Of a stretch of DNA of 52,447 nucleotides, positions 1 through 6,628 are shown one piece after another. Location: positions 1 through 52,447 of the forward strand of contig JACOYO010000006.1 of assembly GCA_016181845.1 (NCBI GenBank), read 5' to 3'. Origin of the DNA: Parcubacteria group bacterium. GTDB lineage: Bacteria; Patescibacteriota; Minisyncoccia; Phycocordibacterales; 21-14-all-47-15. The first letter of the stretch is position 1, and each line of letters opens with the position of its first letter. Made by a program: the position numbers and the translations under genes. A model generated the notes under the pieces. The model had not been told where the DNA came from and searched no databases. It saw only the letters and a list, made by a program, of their open reading frames with translations.

Positions 1-691
1 CCTTCTATCATCGCGACCAGTTTGTTGTTTAGTTGTTCAAGCTTTTTTTCAAGTGTTTCTTCGGAGGTGCCTTGGATGATAGTGGTGATTGGCTTCTCTA
101 CGATGACGCGTTCGGTGAGTTTTGCCGGAGTTTCAATGACAAGCCCGCGCGCTTTGATGCGTGAGAGTTCGGCTTTGAGGTCTGCGATGTCGTCTGCAAG
201 CGTGCGGGTGGAAGTGGTAGCTCCACTTGGAGGTTGAGCCTCCAAGTTGGCGTCGGCGAGAGGCGCGTCCTTTGTCGCAACAAAGGTTCCTCCTTTGTTT
301 TTAATTTCTTGGAAACTCTGCACGATTTGCATTTTTGTTTGTTCAAAGAATGGAGCGAGGGTGAGATACACCGTTCGTGAAGTTTCATTGAGTGCGTTTT
401 GGACGGTGGTGATGACATCTCCCGCCGAGAGAAGAGCGGCTTCCGTGTGTGCTGTTACTTCTCTACTTACTTCTGAACTTAGTTCCCAAGTTGGCGTAAC
501 GAGCGCGAGTGTTTTTTCTTTTGCCTCTGTGAAGAGAACGGCTGCCGTTTTGTTCACGAGTGTTTTGTATCGGACAGGAATATTGATGAAGAGTTCGGCG
601 AGTATTTGACGGCTTCCGTCTGAAACGGAGGAAAGCGCGTTTGTGAAGTTTGGGAAAACGGTGCCTGGTACGACAGCGTTCCGGAAAAAGA
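1..691 (-). CDS. Partial CDS running off the left edge. Coiled-coil-like continuation of the HTH/membrane protein gene, in a different frame.
   Basis: Hand translation of the minus frame (codon first bases = 2 mod 3) finds no stop from ~1043 down to position 3. From ~690 downward it reads FFRNAVVPGTVFPNFTNALSSVSDGSRQILAELF...DIADLKAELSRIKARGLVIE...ETLEKKLEQLNNKLVAMIEG, which is protein-like. It is absent from the ORF track because there is no stop inside the window. Confidence 0.5.
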
Positions 692-1393
692 AGGACGGAT
701 GTTTTCCGCAAGGGCGAGAGCCGACGCGGAAAGGTTGCTTCCGGTTTCCGAAAGATGCGCGAGCGTTTGCTCGGCGCTCTGCCGCATGTCCGCAAACATC
801 GCTCGCGCAAACGGCGTGCCGGAAAAGAAATATCCTCCCGTAACCAAAGAGACGACGGCGATTGATGAAACTATTTTTGAAAGAAGCGCGTGTGAAAATC
901 CTGAAGGAAAAAAACGCGAGGGAGAAGGAACGCGCATTCCATGTGGTTTTGTGGCAACTGACAGTGGGCTCTCTGTCTCCGTTGTCTCTGTCGGCTCTTC
1001 GGCGTATGAGATGCTTCCCCATGCGTTGGTGAGTAGGTCGGAGTTATTTGGGAACTTAGTTCCCAACGGAGCAGTGGGTTTTGGTTCTAGGTTTGGAAGA
1101 ATATCAGTTTGATTGCCATCTTCGTATTTTGGTATTTCCTTTTGTATTCCATTTGGTGATTCTTTTTGGGTGGCGACATCAAGCATTTGTTTATACGAGA
1201 GCAGAGATGCTTCATCAACAAATCTGATACGTCCAATCAATTTGCCTTGCACCTTTCCCGCGCGGCAAAGCTGACCGATATAATCGTTGGTATAACTCGT
1301 TATCTCGCCTGCTCGGCGAGACGAGATATATTTTCTTCCATCTAAAATTAATTCATCATTTGTGCTCATTTTTTGCAAATTTTTTGAAGGCAC
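554..1393 (-). CDS. DNA-binding (excisionase/MerR-like HTH) domain protein with one TM helix. The last ~45 codons are probably out of frame.
   Basis: The N-terminus MSTNDELILDGRKYISSRRAGEITSYTNDYIGQLCRAGKVQGKLIGRIRFVDEASLLSY resembles HTH_17-type domains. A hydrophobic segment IVSSIAVVSLVTGGYFF follows. The tail after ENIRPSF is low quality, while the neighbouring frame becomes protein-like. Confidence 0.6.
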   Translation of the reverse strand: MPSKNLQKMSTNDELILDGRKYISSRRAGEITSYTNDYIGQLCRAGKVQGKLIGRIRFVDEASLLSYKQMLDVATQKESPNGIQKEIPKYEDGNQTDILPNLEPKPTAPLGTKFPNNSDLLTNAWGSISYAEEPTETTETESPLSVATKPHGMRVPSPSRFFPSGFSHALLSKIVSSIAVVSLVTGGYFFSGTPFARAMFADMRQSAEQTLAHLSETGSNLSASALALAENIRPSFSGTLSYQAPFSQTSQTRFPPFQTEAVKYSPNSSSIFLSDTKHS

Positions 1394-1610
1394 TCATATC
1401 CGCCACCAGCATTTATCGCTTTTGTTTGCAAACGTTTGCAAAGCAATCTCGTCATGACGAGATTTAATAGATACCTTTATTTTACAACAAACTGATATAT
1501 TTTGCTTTTATTTTTTGACCAAACTGGGGATAACTTTAAATAAACGAAAAATGATAAGCGTAAAATGAAAAAGAATGACAATCTATCGAGATTTGGCATT
1601 CATTACCCAC

Positions 1611-1740
1611 TTTGAATTACGAAACGCAAAGACGTCCGACCTCTGCAGTGGTAACACATCGGCATTGGCTATAAATAAAGTAATTACCACGTCAGAGGTC
1701 GGACGTCTCGTTAGTGCTGTTGCTTTGCGTTTTTCGATTT
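1611..1740 (+). repeat. Palindromic MITE/REP-like element, copy A (core 1629-1708)
   Basis: Core AGACGTCCGACCTCTGCAGTGGTAA-(conserved ~25 nt CATCGGCATTGGCTATAAATAAAG)-TAATTACCACGTCAGAGGTCGGACGTCT. The outer arm TTTGAATTACGAAACGC is present on the left and degenerate on the right. Confidence 0.85.
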
Positions 1741-1767
1741 GCGCTTTACTTTTTGAACAGCGATACG

Positions 1768-1797
1768 TTGCACGTCATGCCTTGTCGGGTATATAAT
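1768..1797 (+). promoter_or_regulatory. Sigma70-like promoter of the first pilin gene (TTGCAC-18 nt-TATAAT). The ATG lies 7 nt after the -10 box, implying a leaderless start.
   Basis: ttgcac at 1768-1773 and tataat at 1792-1797; ATG at 1805; no SD. Confidence 0.5.
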
Positions 1798-1804
1798 AAA
1801 AACA

Positions 1805-2188
1805 ATGACTAAAAAAACTGCCGTGATTAATCGTATGTTTTGGTCCGTTCTGTCTGCGGCGCTTTTTTTACCGACAATAATTGCACGGGCTGCTAGCACC
1901 GGACAAGTACCAAAGCAAAGCGTATTTAAACTTAAGAACCCGATAGGCGCAGAGTCATTCCAAGAACTCATCCAAAAAATGCTCGGGGTCATGCTTGATA
2001 TCGGCGTGCCTATCGCGACGCTCTTCATCATTTATTCCGGTTTTCTTTTCGTCAAAGCGCAAGGCAATCCGGAAAAATTAAAAGAAGCGAAAGAAACTTT
2101 TTTCTGGACAATTGTAGGCACGGCGGTTCTTCTCGGCGCATGGGTGTTGGCACAGGCGATTAAGGGAACGATTGAGTCGCTCAAATAA
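1805..2188 (+). CDS. TrbC/VirB2-like (T4SS-pilin-type) small membrane protein, paralog 1
   Basis: Signal-like N-terminus, then two TM helices separated by a charged loop (GFLFVKAQGNPEKLKEAKETFFWTIVGTAVLLGAW). Same architecture as the next three ORFs. This small-protein family is abundant in CPR genomes. Confidence 0.7.
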   Translation: MTKKTAVINRMFWSVLSAALFLPTIIARAASTGQVPKQSVFKLKNPIGAESFQELIQKMLGVMLDIGVPIATLFIIYSGFLFVKAQGNPEKLKEAKETFFWTIVGTAVLLGAWVLAQAIKGTIESLK

Positions 2189-2197
2189 AATAGAATC

Positions 2198-2758
2198 ATG
2201 AACCAGGAATCAGAAATCAGAAATCAATTTTTTACAAAACAAATTAAGAAGTCCAACTTCTGCATTGGCATGAAATCGGCATTGACCGTTAAGACGTCCG
2301 ACCTCTGGATTGGTAAAACATCAGCATTGGCCACAAATAAAGTAATTACCACATCAGAGGTCGGACGTCTCGCCGGCTTTTCGCAAGCAGGGCTTCTCAT
2401 TGTGTTGTTTATTTTTTTATCGTTTCCTCTTTCAATTTATGCCGCTAACGAATGTTCTTTCCCACCAGCAACATTCAAAGCTTTTATTTGCGCGACGATA
2501 GAAACGATACTCTCCCCGCTCATCCCCATTCTCTTCGGCCTTGCTCTTGTCGTGTTTCTTTGGGGAGTCGCGAGATATGTGATTAGAGGCGCTAATGACG
2601 AAAAAGAACGAACGCAAGGAAAACAAATTATGCTCTGGGGTATCATCGGCCTCTTTGTGATGGTATCGGTGTGGGGGCTTGTAAAAATTGTTGGTGGTGC
2701 GTTTGGACTTGAAAACACCACTAATCCGCCCAAAGTAAGCATACCGAGAATACCGTAA
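2198..2758 (+). CDS. TrbC/VirB2-like pilin paralog 2. The true start is probably internal (GTG ~2402 or TTG ~2330 inside the repeat).
   Basis: The C-terminal 115 aa align with paralogs 3/4 (FLWGVARYV..DEKERTQGKQIMLWGIIGLFVMVSVWGLV). The first ~60 codons are a read-through of the palindromic repeat (KTSALATNKVITTSEVGRL). Confidence 0.65.
   Translation: MNQESEIRNQFFTKQIKKSNFCIGMKSALTVKTSDLWIGKTSALATNKVITTSEVGRLAGFSQAGLLIVLFIFLSFPLSIYAANECSFPPATFKAFICATIETILSPLIPILFGLALVVFLWGVARYVIRGANDEKERTQGKQIMLWGIIGLFVMVSVWGLVKIVGGAFGLENTTNPPKVSIPRIP
2246..2370 (+). repeat. Palindromic element, copy B: degenerate left half (2246-2288) plus full core (2290-2370)
   Basis: The same ~80-bp core sequence, lying inside the annotated 5' part of pilin paralog 2. 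Confidence 0.85.
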
Positions 2759-2855
2759 AGAGACGTCCGACTTCTTTATCCACAAAGAAAGTTGTCTTTA
2801 CCTGCTGTATATTCTATGATAAAGACACTTGATTATGAGTATCAAATAATGGTCG

Positions 2856-2935
2856 AAGACGTCCGACCTCTGAATTGGTAAAATACCGGCATTTGCCACA
2901 AATAAAGTAATTACCACATCAGAGGTCGGACGTCT
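2856..2935 (+). repeat. Palindromic element, copy C
   Basis: Full core between pilin paralogs 2 and 3. A 15-nt fragment AGACGTCCGACTTCT also sits at 2761-2775, directly after the paralog 2 stop. Confidence 0.85.
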
Positions 2936-2987
2936 TACACGCAGATATCGGACTTCTTTAATGTTTTAACAATTTAAATATAAAAAT

Positions 2988-3326
2988 ATGATGAAAAAAT
3001 TATTTATAATCTTTGGCGTTATCGTCATGCCCTCAATCGCGTTTGCGGCCGGAGAACTTTTTACCAAAGTAAGCGAGCTTCTTAATTCAGTTATCCCAAT
3101 TATTATTACCATCGCGGTAATCTATTTCCTTTGGGGGGTTGGTAAATATATAATGTCTTCCGGAGATTCTGAAAAGCAGGAGGAGGCGCGCGGCATGATG
3201 ATTTATGGTATTATCGGCCTCTTTGTGATGGTATCGGTATGGGGGCTTGTCAATATACTTGTCCAAACAGTCGGGCTTGATAGTGGCGCCATTCCTAATC
3301 TCCCGCAGGTACCTTCTACCCGTTAA
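2988..3326 (+). CDS. TrbC/VirB2-like pilin paralog 3
   Basis: Signal peptide MMKKLFIIFGVIVMPSIAFA, then YFLWGVGKYIMSSGDSEKQEEARGMMIYGIIGLFVMVSVWGLV. Followed by its own terminator. Confidence 0.75.
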   Translation: MMKKLFIIFGVIVMPSIAFAAGELFTKVSELLNSVIPIIITIAVIYFLWGVGKYIMSSGDSEKQEEARGMMIYGIIGLFVMVSVWGLVNILVQTVGLDSGAIPNLPQVPSTR

Positions 3327-3347
3327 TAATTCTACAAAAAGATTTCT

Positions 3348-3385
3348 AAAAACAACCGCGCTTTATAGCGAGGTTGTTTTTTTAT
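3348..3385 (+). terminator. Rho-independent terminator after pilin paralog 3
   Basis: aaaaacaaccgcgc-ttat-agcgaggttgttttttt: GC-containing hairpin followed by a T-run. Confidence 0.6.
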
Positions 3386-3404
3386 ATCGTTCATAATATC
3401 ATGT

Positions 3405-3692
3405 ATGTATATGAATCTCTTTCAAACACCAGTCGCTTACGCCGCAACAGGCATTGAAGACACTATCGGAAAAATCACCAGTAACATCATACAGCCGATT
3501 ATCGGATTTTTGTTTGCGCTTGCGCTCGCTATGTTTCTTTGGGGCATCGTGCAATTTATTGCAAACGCAGAAAATGAAGAAAAGTTAAGCGAAGGCAAAG
3601 AACACATGCTTTGGGGAATTGTCGGCATGGTTATCATGGTGTCGGTCTTCGGCATCATGAATCTCATATGCAAAACCATTGGCGCGTGCTAA
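3405..3692 (+). CDS. TrbC/VirB2-like pilin paralog 4
   Basis: MFLWGIVQFIANAENEEKLSEGKEHMLWGIVGMVIMVSVFGIM has the same two-TM layout. CATAAT at 3392-3397 lies 7 nt before the ATG. Confidence 0.7.
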   Translation: MYMNLFQTPVAYAATGIEDTIGKITSNIIQPIIGFLFALALAMFLWGIVQFIANAENEEKLSEGKEHMLWGIVGMVIMVSVFGIMNLICKTIGAC

Positions 3693-3763
3693 TCACTTGG
3701 AGACTTCGCCTCCAAGTGATTACGAAACACCGACAGGAAGTCTAACTTCGACATTGACCGTTT

Positions 3764-3910
3764 GGACGTCCGACCTCTGCAGTGGTAAAACATCGGTATT
3801 GGCTATTTAGACGTCCGACCTCTGAATTGGTAAAACATCGGTATTGGCCACAAATAAAATAATTACCACATCAGAGGTCGGACGTCTCACACATCAGAGG
3901 TCGGACGTCT
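3764..3910 (+). repeat. Palindromic element, copy D: extra left arm, full core (3808-3886) and extra right arm
   Basis: Left arm 3764-3807, full core, then a second CATCAGAGGTCGGACGTCT at 3890-3910. Preceded by an 11-bp hairpin aatcacttgga...tccaagtgatt at 3691-3721. Confidence 0.85.
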
Positions 3911-3926
3911 TAGTATTTCATAACTC

Positions 3927-3961
3927 AAAGGGGAACACATTTATGTGTTCCCCTTTTGTTT
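3927..3961. terminator. Bidirectional rho-independent terminator between the pilin array and the convergent 141-aa gene
   Basis: aaaggggaacaca-ttta-tgtgttcccctttt followed by gttttt; A-run on the other side. Confidence 0.7.
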
Positions 3962-4387
3962 TTATCCCGCTGGTGGGGCAATCACCTTTTGAATTTTTGA
4001 TTGCCCACCACGAAAAGCATACCTAACTTGCACTTGTACAGGCCTAGTTTCCAAAGATTGGAAATGTAAATCCCTGCCGATATTACCGAGCGCAATATTC
4101 TTGCCCGGACAATCTTTGAATTCTTTCCAGGTATCCCCCCAAGGAAGCCCTATGATAAGCACCCGTTCTTTTATGCAACCATCGGGGACAATGTTGACCG
4201 TCACTCCGAGTGGAACGCGTACCGATACCCACGCCGTTTCTTTTTTGTGCGGTAGTGGCAAGTCTGCTTTATATATCCCACCGCTAAAAAACCAAAAAAG
4301 TCCTATCGCTAAAAGTGCCATAATCACCGCGACAATAAACCTCCGATGGAAAGAAAGAGGATTTTGCGCAATTCCTTTTGAGTGCAT
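3962..4387 (-). CDS. Hypothetical membrane-anchored protein (one N-terminal TM helix)
   Basis: ORF with TM helix FIVAVIMALLAIGLFWFF. A GGGGA SD-like purine tract lies upstream. It sits downstream of the SPFH gene and could be its partner; an NfeD-like role is unverified. Confidence 0.5.
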   Translation of the reverse strand: MHSKGIAQNPLSFHRRFIVAVIMALLAIGLFWFFSGGIYKADLPLPHKKETAWVSVRVPLGVTVNIVPDGCIKERVLIIGLPWGDTWKEFKDCPGKNIALGNIGRDLHFQSLETRPVQVQVRYAFRGGQSKIQKVIAPPAG

Positions 4388-4402
4388 ATTTTCCCCTTTT
4401 CT

Positions 4403-4453
4403 TTATTTCGGCTAGCGAGGAGCGAAATGAGAATCGCAATTCTCATTTCGTCC
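4403..4453 (+). repeat. GAAATGAGA palindrome repeat, copy 1
   Basis: tttatttcggctagcgaggagcGAAATGAGAATcgcaATTCTCATTTCgtcc. The same ~50 nt recurs inverted at 11177-11228. Confidence 0.8.
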
Positions 4454-4505
4454 GAGCGAAGACGAAATATAGGTTAATACCTCGTGGCTTTGCCACGAGG
4501 AACCT

Positions 4506-5447
4506 TTATTTTGACTGATTGATTTGAATAAGCCCCTTGAGCCCTTCAAGACCTTCAAACTCAAAAGAATGCACTTGCCGAGGAGCCGCTTTCCCAAGCA
4601 TAACGTCAGACGCGTTGTTAGCTTGTTCAGGAGTGAGCCCCTTGTCCCCCAACAATTGCATCATTTTTATTTTTTCCGGCATGATATCTGCCCGCGCTTC
4701 CGCTTGACGCTTTTCTTCCAGCGCTTTTTTTGTCGCCGCCGAAAAATCAACCCTTGCAAGAGCGAATGTTACAATATCAAAACCATATCGCTCCTCAATG
4801 GGAGAACGAAGGGTTACTTCTTGCGCTTCCCCGTCAAGCATTTCTCGTATCTTTTTCTTGTTTATTTTGTAAAACTCAATCCTTTTTTCGGGCTGTATTT
4901 CTCCGTTTTCACAATATAAGTCTTCTTGGGTTGAATACTTATGCGGCTCATAATGCGGCGGGACTTTTAATCGCAACACGCAATTGATGAGATTCCCAAG
5001 CTCTTCACGGCTTTGGATGAACACATCCCCTTCTTTACTGCCGGCAATGTTCCCAAGCTCGTATTCTACCGCATCAACCAATCCGACCTTAATGGCATTT
5101 TCGCTCATTTCGGCATATATTTTTTCAAGCAATTCTTTATCTGGCCGAAACTGAACAGAACCTTGCACGGTAATTTCCAGTTTATCGCTGGAAAACACCT
5201 TCACGTCAATCGGAATAGTCGCGAGTTCATAAGGGAACAGTTCAATCTTTTCCAAAAAAGGAATTTTGAGGCGCAATCCTTCGTCGCAGACTCCTTTGCC
5301 GAAAAAAAATCTTCCGACGCCAGACATTTTTGAAATCCGACGTCCAAGAATTAAACGGACTCCGTAGTGCGCCTTTGGAATGATTGCATACGCATCCAAA
5401 AGCAGAAAAACCAGAACAAACAACAACAGAAACGCGATAATCCACAT
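4506..5447 (-). CDS. SPFH/Band-7 (stomatin/prohibitin-like) domain membrane protein
   Basis: N-terminal TM helix, then GLRLKIPFLEKIELFPYELATIPIDVKVFSSDKLEITVQGSVQFRP, typical of SPFH. SD aaaGGAG lies 8 nt upstream. Confidence 0.75.
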   Translation of the reverse strand: MWIIAFLLLFVLVFLLLDAYAIIPKAHYGVRLILGRRISKMSGVGRFFFGKGVCDEGLRLKIPFLEKIELFPYELATIPIDVKVFSSDKLEITVQGSVQFRPDKELLEKIYAEMSENAIKVGLVDAVEYELGNIAGSKEGDVFIQSREELGNLINCVLRLKVPPHYEPHKYSTQEDLYCENGEIQPEKRIEFYKINKKKIREMLDGEAQEVTLRSPIEERYGFDIVTFALARVDFSAATKKALEEKRQAEARADIMPEKIKMMQLLGDKGLTPEQANNASDVMLGKAAPRQVHSFEFEGLEGLKGLIQINQSK

Positions 5448-5475
5448 GACATTACTCCTTTCTTTATTGTTTACT

Positions 5476-5598
5476 GTGAATTACGAAACGCCGACGAGGA
5501 GACGTCCGGCCTCTGCCGTGGTAAAACATCGGCATTGGCCATAAATAAAGTAATTACCACATCAGAGGCCGGACGTCTTTGCGTTTCGTAATTCAAAG
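5476..5598 (+). repeat. Palindromic element, copy E, with complete outer inverted repeat (core 5499-5578)
   Basis: GTGAATTACGAAACGC ... GCGTTTCGTAATTCAAAG flank the core. Both core arms carry the paired change CCGGCCTCTG / CAGAGGCCGG, versus CCGACCTCTG / CAGAGGTCGG in the other copies. Confidence 0.85.
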
Positions 5599-5776
5599 TT
5601 ATTTAATTTTCAAACAACTTTGTTTATTGTTAATATAATGCACCAAAATATAAAAAAGTCAAATACATCCGTTTGTTGGACATTTGTTGGACATCGGATG
5701 TCCAACAATACAAATACGTTCATTCGTTGGGCATGTTGGACATCCGATGTCCAACAACGTGCCCAACAACAATAAA

Positions 5777-6547
5777 TCAGTCATTCGGAATGGCGGTTTG
5801 AAGCATGGCAAGCACGGCGCAGAAATCATCGGGAAGCGGCGCTTTAAGATTCAAACACGCGCCTGAAGGTATTGCGAGTTCAAGAGAATACGCATGGAGC
5901 GCTAGGCGCCCGATACCCCCCTTTTCACGCGGCAGACACGGCTTTCCGGTCGCGTAAAGCGAATCACAAAGCACGGGATAGCCGATGGATTTCAGATGCA
6001 CCCTGATTTGGTGCGTCCGTCCGGTTTTTGGACACACTTCAAGATAGGTAACCGGAAAATCACTTGGGGGTTTAGCCCCCAAGTGCCCGCGCGCGAGCAC
6101 TTTGTATTCTGTTGTCGCCTCACGAAGCACTCCGCGCGCGCCGTATTCAGCCGACCATTTGCGAAAATCGCTCCGGCTCTTCCCTATCGACTTTTCAATC
6201 ACACCTTCGTCTTTTTTCATACTTCCGTATACAATCGCGCGGTACGTTTTTTTAATCTCCCGCGACTGAAATTGTTTTTTCAAAAAGAGAAACGCTTCAT
6301 TTGTTTTTGCTATTACCAAAACACCAGACGTGTCTTTATCCAAACGATGCACAATGCCAGGGCGAAAAATTGTTTCCCCGCTTGTGAGCACGAGCGGTTC
6401 GCCGACATTTTTTATTTCCGGATATTTTTCTAAAATCCAATCCACAAGCGTCCGGTCAGTGCTCCGCCCGTCGGGGTGGACTACCAATCCCGCCGGCTTA
6501 TTTATTGCGATGATATCTTTATCTTCGTAGATAACCGATATTCCCAT
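5777..6547 (-). CDS. RluA-family pseudouridine synthase
   Basis: HRLDKDTSGVLVIAKT catalytic-Asp motif; TGRTHQIRVHL motif. Confidence 0.85.
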   Translation of the reverse strand: MGISVIYEDKDIIAINKPAGLVVHPDGRSTDRTLVDWILEKYPEIKNVGEPLVLTSGETIFRPGIVHRLDKDTSGVLVIAKTNEAFLFLKKQFQSREIKKTYRAIVYGSMKKDEGVIEKSIGKSRSDFRKWSAEYGARGVLREATTEYKVLARGHLGAKPPSDFPVTYLEVCPKTGRTHQIRVHLKSIGYPVLCDSLYATGKPCLPREKGGIGRLALHAYSLELAIPSGACLNLKAPLPDDFCAVLAMLQTAIPND

Positions 6548-6628
6548 ACTTAGCTTATTAGCTTGTTAGGTTTTAGCTTATTAGGAAATTTCTAACAAGC
6601 TAACAAGCCAATTTTCCTAACAAGCTAT
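6548..6628. repeat. Word-type intergenic spacer (TTAGC/TTAGG words) forming a ~17-bp imperfect hairpin
   Basis: gcttattagcttgttag pairs with ctaacaagctaacaagc. The same words recur at 15546-15619, 16905-17010, 48980-48998, 49626-49659 and 52120-52203. Confidence 0.7.

Noticed and set aside
1575-3910. Possible CRISPR array: a repeated ~80-bp sequence at semi-regular intervals.
   Set aside because: The repeats are long, internally palindromic and of variable composite structure. The so-called spacers are 300-600-bp protein-coding genes. No cas genes or leader are present, and copies also occur singly elsewhere (5.5, 9.3 and 36.7 kb).
1805-3910. Integron-like cassette array, with small promoterless ORFs each followed by an imperfect inverted repeat (attC).
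   Set aside because: attC sites are conserved mainly at their ends (RYYYAAC / GTTRRRY), whereas here the whole ~80 bp including the loop is conserved. Those end motifs are absent, no intI is present, at least two of the genes have their own promoters, and the element also occurs outside the array.
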